Origin: Sarea resinae
Lineage: Eukaryota
Reading direction: 5' to 3'
NCBI GenBank assembly: GCA_026026165.1
Contig: JAPEUD010000010.1
Location: 310,001 to 374,000, forward strand
Length of the DNA stretch: 64,000 nucleotides
This document shows, in pieces, positions 1 to 12,551 of this stretch. Under the pieces are notes generated by a model that saw only the letters and a list, made by a program, of their open reading frames with translations, was not told the origin of the DNA and made no database searches. The stretch's first letter is position 1. Each line of letters starts with the position of its first letter. The position numbers and the translations under genes are program-made.

Positions 1-3000
1 GCTATTGCTATGAATTGTAAAAACAAGGAGAGGAAGTAAAACGTAGACAGTAGTAGTAGTGGTAGTGGTAGTACGTGAAGGAGAGAAGAGAAGATAAGAG
101 AAGATAAGACTAAAGAGACATGCAATAGCTAAGAGGCCTAGAGAGGTTATATAATGTATTATGTTAAGCATCTATAAGGTAGCGTGTGAGCTGTAAGAGT
201 AGGGTGTAAGCTGTGAGCTGTAAGCTGTGAGTTATAAGAGGAGAGGAGGGTAGAGGAGGGTAGGGTATGGTTGACAAGAGGGTGTTGCGAATTAGTGTCG
301 TGGATTGATATTATAGGAAGTGTGTGGGATAGTATTTTGGTATCGTAGGAGTCGTAGGAGTTGTAGGGAGGTGTGGGAGTTGTGGAGCATGCCATGGAAG
401 GACTATAGGGGTTAGAAGAGCTATGAGAGCTAAAAGGGCTGGACGAGCTGGACGAGCTGAGTGATAATAGTGATGATGTTGAGCGACGATGAGGATACGG
501 GAAGAGGAGATGTTTGTGGATATCTTCACGGGGGCGGGCTGTTGCCTCTGCCTCTGCCTCTGCCTGTGCCAGCCCACGGTCAATCACCATCGAACAAAGA
601 CACCAGCCATCACCATTTACACTTCGAGTCCAGATAGAGAGGAAACGACTGGCGGGCAGCCTCTCCCGACTCCAAGACCGTCGGTGATATGGTCATGGTC
701 GTCATGGTCATTTCGTCTTTGCAGGAAACCCAGCGGTGTGAGAAACATTGAAAAAAGTAATACTCAAAGCGATCGAACGTCGCAGTGACGAGTAAGACGG
801 CATGAGCGGCAGCGAACAGCAACATCAACGCCTGAAGCAGATGTTCTTAGCTGCACGGCTCCATGACGAGACAGCCAGCCAGCCAGCCGGATAGACAGCC
901 GGCTGGACTAGGCGGGTAAGAAGGAGAGAAAAAGGAAACGTTGGAGAGAAAAGAATGTTGGGCATTCCATCTCGATCATGTAGATGGCCGGTTTCCGTCT
1001 CTTTCAGATACACCGCAGTCAAGCCGCTCGCTCTATGACAGTAGTACTCATGGCGGTGCCGTGATGCGGTGTCCTCCTGTCGAAGATGACAGTGATAATG
1101 TCCATAGTGGGTCGATCCGTCGAGCACTCATTCGCAGGATCGAAATTTCTCGGCGGAGCCTTGCCAGCTTAGTACGGCCTATCGCCCAGGGTACGGAAAA
1201 GAAAATAAAGGGACGTTGGTTGCCCCAAATCCGATGAAGGGACAAAGTAGCAGAGCAGGCGTTCCAGGTAAGATAGTACTCAATCTCCGTCATAGGCCCC
1301 GCCGACCAAAGTCCGATGCAGATGGATCATGGATCATGGATGGATCGACGGATCAAGGATGCCTGGTAGATGGAGTCGAGTAGAGTACGAGTAGATGCTC
1401 CTGAAAGCCCGACTCCACCCCATCACTCCCAAAGAAAAATCCCACCAGAATCGATCGTGGATGGACGGACAGCCGAGGAGCGGAACGACTGCTGAGCTTC
1501 GATCCGTGGCCACAGTGGAGGAGAGAAGAAGGGCGGGAAAGAGGGGTAGCATGGTAGGATGGATCTCCCGGGCTGATCTTCCTTGTCTTATCTCCTTGGC
1601 CTCTTTTACTCTACTCGGTATCACTACTACTCCGTACTCTGAGTACTCTACTACCTACATAGTACGACAAGGAAGCACCTTGCCATTCTGCCGCCGCGCT
1701 CCTCCTCCTCCTCCTCCTCCTCGCGCTCTTGCGTGTCATTCGGCTGTCAAATCCATCTCTCTCTCTCGTGCTTCCGCTCCCTCGGCCTGCAGGCGGGCCA
1801 GAGATCCCAGACGAGACCTCGCACTTGGCGCTTTGCATCGAATGCCATCCCTCGTACCCTGGAGGCTACTCCGTATCAAGTACAGCGTACTTGCCTGCTG
1901 CTGGTGAGCCAAATCCTGCCGGGACGTGAAGATCGTTCCCCAACTCTGGCCGCTGATTGCAGTCTCGGGACCGCCCCTACATGATCGATACTGAGTGTCA
2001 ACATGGCGCTTGTTCCTATTGGCTTCCCGCGCCCCTCATGCACCTTAATGAGGACCATCGAGGCCAAGCTCGTCAACACCCCGTGAAGACCATGACCAAG
2101 ACTCCCATTAGGCGAATGAAGTGATTTGTTGCCCACGCGGCTGAGAGAGCGGCGACAAGACCCTGCCGAGCCCTCATCCCACCCACTTGAGATCCTCGCC
2201 GTCTTGGTGGAGCAAAGGTGTGTCTCGGATCGTGCTGCTGGTGCTGACCATAGGCGCCTGGTACCCGGTACCTTCGGCCGTCTTCGTTGACAGTACCGTA
2301 TGTGTTGTGATCTCCCTAGCGTCTTGTGTGTTCCACGCGCGAGCTGGAAAGGCGGCCGGTGAAAGGATCAGTGATGATAAACAAGTCACCTGCAAAGCGT
2401 GGCTACTGTGGGGACCCCAAATGGGAAATCTCATAACATCCATGGACGCATCACATCATGGCTCGGCATTCATCTGGAAAAGCGACCCCCGTGCCGCTGT
2501 ACATAGTACTGCGTAGAGAGTTGAGCCTTGCACGACTAAAGGAGAAGTACCGGCAACTTCCTTGCATGATGAAAGCTGTCAGACAACGCCGTTGGCATGG
2601 GAGGTGAGCGGCCAAAAGTATCGAGGCATTATGCCTCGCGACGCCATCGCTCTCATGTCCTTTGCGAGAAGTGTGTGCTCGAGGAGTGGCACATTTTGAG
2701 ATCGATGATGGCTAAGAGTTGCCCCATCGGAAGGGCTGAGAATGAGCGTGCCCGGCATTCCGTTTCGAAAACTCTACTACGTAGATGCATGCTAGGGACC
2801 GCGGAGAGGAGCTGGTGGAGGCTCATGTAGAGGGCAACTCCAGCCGTTCTTGACGAGAGGTGGATTTCTGTCGTTGCCATCGATGCATCGATCCGAACCC
2901 CGTCGCCTGGAGCTATCGAATTACGATCGGCCTCATCATAATCATGATGAGAAGCTTCTGCGGTGATCTGATCCCGTGAGGACGCGCCAAAGCGCAAAGT

Positions 3001-6000
3001 GCAGGATCGCGAGCCGTCTTTTCGCTCGCTAGTGGATGTACTCTGTACGAATTCCTTGGAAGGGCCGACAGCGGTTAGGTTTGTGAAGCTCTACGGAGTA
3101 CTCATCGTACTCTAAAGCATGCGTGGTACGTGGTGGTCGTGTGGTAAGGATGGCGAGTCGCGTTATGGGGCTGGCTCAGGTACGAATAGAAGGATGATGA
3201 TTCTAGTGGTCTGGACGGATACTACTACTACTGAGGCAGATCCATGAATAGGTAAGGTAGTCAGAAGAACCCAAGGCAGAGAGGCTTGTTCCACCCCCCC
3301 TGCATCGGCTGATCTGGCCTGTTGTCGTAGAAGCATCCATTCTAGGGTACGAGTCGCCCTCCTACCTAGGTATGTGCCTACTCTCTTCAGTTTGGTATCC
3401 ATGTACGAAGTAATGCGATTCGGAACCCGTGAAGACGTAAGGAAAAGCAGGAAACCCTCTCCTCGCGCTTTGAGCAGTATCATTGGCGCTGGCGGCGGGC
3501 TAAGAGCCCTGTTCGACTACTCTCTGTCTGAGGTAGGTGGGTAGGTGGGTAGGTATCACATTGATCTGCTAACAGTATCAACATCGATGATCCCGATGAA
3601 TACGACTGTACTTCATACTTATGAAATGAAATGCCAATCCAGCGGACAGCCGATCAAGTAATGCATGAAGATCTACTCCGTAGGTGTGTGCCTTCTCCTC
3701 CTGCCCGTTGGTCATTTTGAAAAAGGTTTTTGAATTCTTCGCAGATAGGGTTATCGCAATTTCAGTCAAATGTGCCCGGAAAAGAATGGTCCCGTAACAG
3801 CAATGATCACAATTTTCCACAGGCATGTATGTACCGGATAGGCAATTCATCCACGGCTGCGCCTTAAACTGTGTCACGGCCTGGTGCGACATCCCTACTC
3901 GCTCGTCGGAATCTGCCTTGGTCCCTTATCTTCTCTTACACAGGACTACTTTACTCAGGGCAGTCCTAACAGATCGCTTCAATTGTCCTGCCGAGCTTTC
4001 AGCTTTGACTCTGGCGAAAACACAATCAACCATGTCCGCGGGTGGCCTTCGATTTCTTTTCCTTGGTGTGGTCCATGGAGTTAGTAAGGTAGTGGTACGG
4101 TTGGTAGATACTTGGTGGCTAGGGTTAGGTGAATTTGAGTCCGTAGTACCGCGTACTTCGTACTTCGTGCATGCTTGCACACACCCTTGAAGCTTGGAGA
4201 CCTTAGGTACCAACTCGGAGTACCTACTTATGTACTCTATTATATTCACACGCCTGTGGGCTACCGCAAGGCAACTTCCCTCCAGGGAGGCAGGAGTGGT
4301 AAGAACGGCAGTGGTGGAGGTATTATTAGTGCATCTTTCGGGTGAGCTGTGCCTTCGTCCTTCCTACCTGTATCCATCCATCCTTTCTTACCTGATAGGT
4401 ACCTTCTCATCGACCTACCTAGACCTTGCTTCTACTGCGGTAGGCGGTCTTGTCTGTCTGACAGGTCAGCCCCACCATTGCTGTTTGCGAATGAATGCAT
4501 GATCGACTGCTTGCACTTTGTACTTGCCTCCTATGAGTACACTACCTGCTTGGAATAGTCGAAAATTCCAACTACTTACTCAGTAATCACTCGTCATGTC
4601 TCGTCTTTTTTGCTTGTTCGAAACTTTCCACTCTCCGCCCAAGGCATGCGCGCGAGGTGTACGGCTTAGACCCCTCCCCATTTCCTCGTGACACCGGATG
4701 CCTGAGGCCCCTAGAGCATCGTGGACCCAGACCCATTTCTTTTGCCGCCTTCGTATCAGATATGATTTCGGTGCCCACAATACTGATGAGCGCATTGTAA
4801 CCCTTTGGGCGGGCGGCTTGCAGCAGGGTTTGATCTCGTCGCCGACGCGGTCTCAATTAGAGATGGCGAAGGCTTCCGTCTTCTTAGCTGTCGTGTATTA
4901 CTCGAGTAGTCGCCTCTCTATCCCGTCAAGAAGCCAATTATGTCGGCCAAGGTGGCACGCTCCCCTCGCCATCCCACGACCGCATCATCCATCCTGTGCT
5001 CCGATCCGCCCCTCCACGGTCTCGAGCAAGAATCATCAAAGGCCTGGGCGTACCAATCCTGCTGCCGCCGTCGCTTTGGGGCAATCCTGAGCAATCGAAG
5101 AGTTACGGCCTGAATCTAGGCATGGGGGACTGTGATGATCTCGGCGAGCCTGCAGTCTTACTTTATTGCTGGCTCCGAGGATGACGATGCTAGGTGATGC
5201 GTCGCCATTCTTTGATGCCGCCGTACCTCGGATGACTGCAATCTCAGGTTGTTGATCTGCGATTGCATTATTGGATTTGATTGATCCGTATGCTTTCACC
5301 TCGGAGTTGCCTGGCGGACATCTGCCTTGACGCCGACGAGACAACTGCCTGCCAGGAAGGTTGCCACATAGGCCACCAACACGACCACTATCACACGGTG
5401 ATTGTCTCTGCATCAACCCAACACGATTTTGGCGGCCACAAGGATGATCCAGAATAGAGAAGCAGATGAGCCATTGGCATAAGCAACGACATCAGCATCC
5501 CGGAAGTCCGCCGTCGGCGGTCATGCATCGACGAAACAGGCCTTTCGAGATCCTGTCTGGTCCCTAGGCGATATGGGCAGGCGGGAAAGCAGGTCAGACA
5601 GAAATATTCGTGCCGTATTTACGTAGGCCAGGTACCTTAGCTAAGAGGTTTGTGGTAGTGAATTTCCGTCACTAAGGTAACCGGTGTGAAAGCGGTGCAC
5701 CTCCATTCTTTGACTCATCATCGGTTGGGGGGGGAGGGGGGGTCTAGGATCATCGGCGCCGATCCTGAGCCAACTGGAAGCAGGCAGGCTGGAAAGCAAG
5801 CAAATACGGTACTGTGTTTCTAAACGACAGGCAAACATCGAATGGTAGCGCGGTTCGAGAGATTGTCAATAGAAACACTGTCGAGCGTCGGGAGGTCTGT
5901 GGATTCCTGTACTGTGCTTGGTACTGGTTCTCTGTATTCGTACCTCGCAAGGGTAAGGTTGAGCAGCCGCCTTATCGAAGGGGCGCCCATTCCTGCCTCG

Positions 6001-6473
6001 GACATCTTTGCAGGGCTGTAATCAGAGCGGTGACCGGCCGCCAAAGTCGAAAGTCCAAAGTACTCTGCGTGTGTAATGCGTGTGCGCGCGTGCTGTGTGC
6101 TGTACTGTGCGGTGCTGTGCTGTGTTTGTGCTCTGTGATATGCTCCCCTACTTCAGTAAGGCATCCTGGATCCCATGCTTGAGACCTCCTTGGATCTTGG
6201 GACTTTACAGACCATCGAGAGGTAACTTCGTACTCCTCACCCGTTACATGGATCCTGTAGCGATGACTCTGTCGCATCCAGGAATGTCTAAATTGGATCG
6301 TGACAGGAGTGAGTGGAAGAGCGCAGCCCGCGCCACTCTTCTCTACGCAGTACGCAGTACGAAGTACTCCATTCATCTGGGCCAACAAGGCCGCTAGTCG
6401 GACAACGAAGACTACTTCTACTCCGAGTACTCGGACGACGAGGACGACGATGATAATGGTGCCGATGATGATA

Positions 6474-6515
<42 letters not shown>
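6474..6515. repeat. (ATG/GAT)14 trinucleotide microsatellite
   Basis: Perfect run read directly from the sequence; it produces the spurious poly-Met ORF 6300..6557. Confidence 0.95.
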
Positions 6516-9360
6516 GTGCTGAAGCCCAGGACGAGGATGACGGGCGGGACTAGCTAGCTCGAATTTGTCTTGGCCCGCAAGGTAGTAGCTGGCGGAAGAG
6601 CAGGTACTCTAGTCTGGTCGACTTGGCCAGCCAGTTCGGGACGGGACAGAGATCATAACATTGATACCTACCTAGGTACTACTCATCTGATCGAAAGTGT
6701 AATAATGAAAGAACTCACGCGCAAGTAGCAGGCCGGATAGTCAGCCTCCACTCTGACTCTAGGCGGCTTCTACTTCGTGCTAATGATACAGACCACGCAC
6801 GCCTCCAAACAGTGAGTGAGATGCATGGGATCCACGGATAAGGTACCTCACCCACCACGCTTCTCTGCGGTAGACACAAGTCACTGTTTTCCCGGCACTT
6901 CGCTTGGCGCCAACGCCAACGCCCGAGGGAATTCCACTCTTCCACCCCTTCACGCGTCTCCTCCATCCGCATTACGCAGCACCCTTCTCTGCCTCTGTCA
7001 TTCCTGCCACCGGCCAAGGAGTACCCGGTCCCTAGGTACCTGCACTGTACATCTCTTGCCCCATTCATTCATTATTCATCGCTCATCCCGTTTGCCCTCA
7101 TGATCCATGGATTCCTTTCAATTTACACCTGCACTACCTGGCCCTCTACCACTACGGTGCTACGACCACCGTTCCGCTCGCGCTCTGCACTACGTGCTCC
7201 GGACCACTTCGTACATCTTACATTTGAGCCCACCGACGCTAGCGAGAATCTGAAGTCTTGGACCTTGTCTGGCATGCCACACATTCGATCATAAGGAGAC
7301 GTGCGAGGTCTCTTCCCGCCCAATCTACCATCTGAAGGTACCGCCTCTTTGAGGACAGCTAGCTGATCTAGGTTCTCTCGCCATGGATCATCAGCACCTA
7401 CCTTACCCACCACCACCGCCAATGGATCCATCAAGCCGAAGCGCCAAGACCCAAGGACAAGCGAAAAAAGCCAAACATCACTAAGAATCCAGACAAAGTC
7501 CAAGCCGCTCTCCGTACCTCTCCGTACCATGGCTTTCCAGCTTGTCCCGGCTGTTGCTCTATCATGCTCCTTCATCAAATTTATCGGCCGCCACACACTC
7601 CCTTTCTCTCGGCTGTCGGTCAACCGTCTCTGGTCATGTACGTCGGTCGGTCCGTCAATCAGGAGCCAATCAGCAGACCGACTTGTAATACTTGAGCAAT
7701 TCCTTCAGACGCACTGAACCTCGCTACCTCGCTGCCTCGCTGCCTCACTAGTGCGGTCGCTGTTCCCCTCGAAGTGCTTATTCGACGTGGAACTTGTTTC
7801 CAGTCCACCTGAAGGATCGATAGAGAGATACCAGGTACCTCAGCCAAGGTATGGGGCTATGAAGTATTCGACTACCTCACTCTAGTCATCCGGAACGCAC
7901 ATCCCAATCTATTGTAGTCGAGTGCGAATGGGAAGTCATTACGACTCTGCACACCCTCCCCCCTCCCCCTTCCCCCTCCCCTCTTTCCCTTCCGCGTCGT
8001 CGACGTGCAAGGTATTCACGTATCCCCATCTCCTACCAGGTAGTTTCCCCATCCCCGTTCCCCGTTCCAGTCCAGAGTCCCAGTCCCGGTCTATCGTCCC
8101 CCGTCAGAGGAGAAAGAGCGCGCCCCCCCGTCAATCCCAAACGGTCCCGGTCGGTTCCCAGTTGCAGTTTGCAGCCCGGTCCCGGCATGATTTTAGCATG
8201 ATTGCGGCACGCGGCGTCGTTGCCCTCGATTGCGATTCGTCGTTGCTTTGTCAACTAGGATCAATCGTATTGGATTTGATTGATGGCCGCTGACCGCTGG
8301 CCGCCGGGGCTGGGGCTGGGGCTGGTGGTGCTGGTGCCGCTGGGGGGCACGCCGGTACTTGCGACTTGGTACTTGCCACTCCGTACTCACTGCTGGCTGG
8401 TTGCCAAGGTTCACTGGAGAGCTGCTGGTGCTGGTGCTGGTGCTGGTGCTGGTGTGGTCCGGTGTGGTCTGGTATGGTCTGGTGCTGGCGCTGGTGCTTT
8501 GTCTCGGAAGTCTCTGCTGATGGCACTGTACTTGGTCGCCTACGTACATCTCCGCCGACACGAGGAGTCACCACGCTCGAGGATGTACTTTGTACGAATA
8601 CATGCCGTACCTTCTTTCTTTGCTCTGCTGTGCGGTGCGGTGCGGTGCTTGGCTGGGTGCTTTGCTGGGCGTTGCGTTGCTTTGCTTTGCCCTTCCCTTC
8701 CGCCTTCCCTTCTGACCTTGCCTTACGTCGCCCTCACGACCTTGATTGACGACGTCCACTAGAGTACTCTACTGAAGTACGCGCACCGTGGCCCCAGCGC
8801 GACGGAGCCATTTCTGGACCCATGTCCTTCGTGACCTGTACCTGCAATGTATCTCGCTGCAGTCTCAGTAGGTCCGGCCGCATCCACACTGTTGGCTCTG
8901 ACATCAACCGGTGCTGGCTGGTGCTGGCTGGTGCTGGGCTGGTGCTGGTGCTGGTGCTTGACTTCGTTTGGCGATCAGCCTTTCTTCTCCTGCCCGGGCC
9001 TCTTCACCACACTTTGTGTTTGCCTCTGCCGGTGTGGGTGCGTGTCTGACGAGCACGCTCCCTGGAATGTTTTATCATGTCCGCCCCATCCGCATTGGGA
9101 CTGCTTGACCTCTTGGACTCGCCGGTCAAAGGATTCACGTTGACCTTTGATTGCCATTGCTTCCCTCTTAATCTCCTCCTCATGGCCTCTGCTACTGAGT
9201 TGGTCCAATACCTTGACCCGAATCGGTGATCGCATTACTGCCCTGCCCTCATTCAATGACGACGCTCCTTACTTGCCGCCTACTCACCCATATCAGACCC
9301 ATCTGCTTCAACGGGACACTGTGACCGGTTGTCTGTTGATTACCTAGCTGGCGGTTGGGA

Positions 9361-9492
9361 ATGTGGTGAATGTGGAAAGCTGCCCAAGCACTTCCTTCCC
9401 GGACACGTCAAGAGAATCCTCTCACCCTCCCTCGAGAGGTGCCATACGAACGAAATCGCTCCTTCTCATCTATTCACATCACTCGTGCCTAA
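9361..9492 (+). promoter_or_regulatory. Two tandem upstream ORFs (M-W-stop, then 40 aa) directly before the cyclin start codon
   Basis: ATG TGG TGA at 9361-9369 is followed in the same frame by ATG 9370 ... TAA 9490-9492 (MWKAAQALPSRTRQENPLTLPREVPYERNRSFSSIHITRA*). The main ATG is at 9495. Whether these lie inside the mRNA leader is inferred. Confidence 0.5.
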
Positions 9493-9494
9493 CA

Positions 9495-11552
9495 ATGGTC
9501 GACATCCAGCAAGCTTCATCGATGCCTCAAGTTCTTCCATCGAATCCACCGCTCGACTTTCTGCTTCCCTTTGCCCATCCGACATACAACGCCCCTCCAG
9601 CGTACACGGGAGATAGACTGCGGCCTCTCTCACAGACACAACGGGCCTACTGGCCCGGGCCGTCTTCTGGGTCGGAGCAAACGGCGTCTTTGAACGTGGG
9701 GCTCAGAACACCTCCGGCCGATATGAACGCTGTCAACCTGCATCCAATTCTTCCTGGTGCTGGTCGTTACGACCCCAACGCTGGTTATGCTCTCCCGAAG
9801 CCATATATTCCTCCCAGCAATCTGTCGAGCTATGGAAACAGAGGTGCTTTTGGCAGTACTGGCTACCATCAGCCCTACGACAATTCTTCTGGCCGCTCGA
9901 ATACGCCAAGGAACAAGTCGACTCAGCAGGGAGAGCATGGACAGAAGAAGGGCGATTCCGATGATTCCATCATGGCCCATCTTCAGATACCTTCGGCCGT
10001 CAACGATAGCAAAGGAAGCTTGGCCGACTTCGCTGCTCAGGTATGTTCCACATCTGAGATCTTGGATTGCTCAATATTGATGATTGTTGGACAGATAACT
10101 TGCCTGTTTTGGTTCGAGTCCTCATCTACTCTGAATCGCGTGGAAGAGTCGAGCACCACACCGGTACCGATCACACCGCTTGTGCCTGAAGCGATTCCTT
10201 CCCTTGGATTTCGAAAATGGGTGACGACCATCCTATCTACAACTCAAGTGACTCAGAATGTGGTTTTGCTGGCTTTGCTATTCATCTATCGCTTGAAGAA
10301 GCTGAATCCGACCGTCAAGGGCAAACCTGGCAGTGAATTTCGACTGCTCACTGTGGCGTTGATGCTGGGAAACAAATGTAAGCCCACTATTTGGCACGAG
10401 CATCACTTTTCTGTCTGACATGGGCGACTAGTCCTCGACGACAACACCTACACCAACAAGACCTGGGCTGAGGTCTCTGGCATCTCGGTTCAAGAAATTC
10501 ACATCATGGAGGTCGAGTTCCTGAGCAACATGAAATACAGCTTGTATACCTCGGAGGCAGAATGGAAAGAGTGGCATGCCAAATTGGGGAAATTCTGGGG
10601 TTATTTCGATAAAGCATCAAAGACACCGATGGAAGTCTCACCCAAGGCATTGGGCCCCCCGACGCCGACACGGAAGATACCACCATCTCTCCCTTCTCCT
10701 CCCGCATCGACTCACGCATCTCCTCCCTTCGCTCTGAACTATTCCCCCAACGGCTCCATGTACCCCAATCCGCTCCCGCCTCCCACACAGATGGCTCCAT
10801 CACTTCCGCCATACTTGGGACCGATGGTCGAACTGGATCCAAGGCAATCCAGTCGAAAGCGCAGCTACGACGATCATTCTCAGGAGCCGCCCACGAAGAG
10901 AGTCACCCGATCGGCGGCTCCCCCTGTGGCAATATCGACAACTATGGCTCCTTCGACGCTCCCTGGTATATCCTCTCACATGCCACGATTGCCAGTTCCC
11001 AATCTTTCGATTTCAACTTCGCAGCCTCTAGGCGGCTACAACGGACTATCCGCGCATCTTCCTCCTCCTACCGCAGGAAGACCCATGTCGACAGCCTTCC
11101 CTGGACAGATGCACTGGTCTCAGCCGGGACTAGTATCCAGTTCCACAGTATCTGCACCTTCCAATATGCAGAGCGGAGTTTTCTCGCCCTTTGGAGACCA
11201 GTCAAGACGGCAAAGCCCTTATTCCATGCCGTCGGCCGGATCCTCGCCGACATCCGCTATATTCCCTGCCCACTCGCAGCAGCAAGACCACCTGTCCCCA
11301 ACGTTCTACCTCAATCAGCGCAGCTCACCGTACCGACCTGTGCGAACGGTCAACACCCTTCTTGTTCCTCCACCCTCAGCTTCAATGCAGATTCCTCAAC
11401 ATTTGGGTCTGGATCAGATGCACTACCAGCCGCTGGGAAAGTCGCTGAGTGAATGCAAGACGGGCATCGTCCCTTACATGCATTCTGAGCCTTGGCCACA
11501 GATGCACCAGCTGCCACAATGGATGGTTCAGCCACAACCGAGCTTGAATTAA
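9495..11552 (+). CDS. CLG1: Cyclin-like protein, Pho80/Pcl family (Clg1-like), ~649 aa
   Basis: Exons 9495-10040, 10095-10377, 10432-11552 (GT-AG). The spliced cyclin box reads FRKWVTTILSTTQVTQNVVLLALLFIYRLK...[33 protein letters not shown]...MEVEFL, with a Pro/Ser-rich tail. The start ATG is a best guess. Confidence 0.88.
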
Positions 11553-12551
11553 CGTATCAGCGGTCACACCTTCGAGCGATTACCGCACTCCCGATTAAGC
11601 CACTGCGTAATCTTATTGGACGACTCATCATCTGAGTCATTTCACTCAAAAACAAAACGTCACCTTGTCTTCATCTAGCATTTTCAGCATGTTTTGCCTT
11701 CGCATGGTATCGGTGTCACAGGAATCAAATCAAATCGATCGGGAGAAAGAAACTCGTAAGATGAAACTTACGGGTTATTGTACAATACATGAGGTTTTGC
11801 TCTGGGATATTATTTGCATGGCTAGTGGAGTTTTTATTTGGTTCCCTACCTTCATTGCTATCCAATCCGTTGGGACGACGGAAATCAGGGCGAGAGTTGA
11901 TGTTCCAAATCCTCCTTGCTCTCTTTCGGCTCTGAAACTTTCTATGATGGCACGAAAGAGGTCTGTTGCTGACTCCTGTCTACGGGACGGTGTAGTTCTG
12001 CACATGACTAGGTCTGAGGGTCCCTTGAGAGCTATGCTCTAGCTAGATATTATGAAGCAATTCTAGATGGGGACGACATTTATGTAGTACTAGATGAATT
12101 AGAAATGGGAAACCAAGTAAATCCCTTGCATCCTGTTCGCATGTCAGTACGGCTCAGCTCGCCCATGATGATTTTTGCCTTGCCTTGTCTCGTCTTGGCT
12201 CGCCTCGCTATGCTTGGGCTGGGTGGTGTTTGATTTGAAGGGTGCACTTCTTTGACATTTTGAAAACGCGATCATCAATCATCTCGTTGTCTCTGGTTTT
12301 CTCCTCGCGATTGTGGTCTGGTGAATGATGGCGTACGAAGTAATTGTTGCGAACCCGCGGGTCCGGCCCGGCGGAGCCCCACGTCCGCACTTCCACCCCA
12401 CCCCGACTTCTGCATGTCCGAGAGCATCAATCGCCGCCGACACTGTAACGCGGCTCCTATCCCTTGAGGCGCAACGACTCCGAATCCACCGTCTCAGAAA
12501 GCCAATTCGCCTCCCCCAATCCTTTCCCTTGGCCCCGGACCGCCTTGACAA

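Noticed and set aside
5036..5520. Hydrophobic peptide fragments on the minus strand suggesting a transporter pseudogene
   Set aside because: The fragments lie in different frames with no identifiable motif; support is insufficient.
9147..9362. ORF in frame with CLG1 and separated by a single TAG (stop-codon read-through?)
   Set aside because: It has no ATG start and the TAG-CTG context is not a known read-through motif. The TAG fits better as a splice acceptor or chance.
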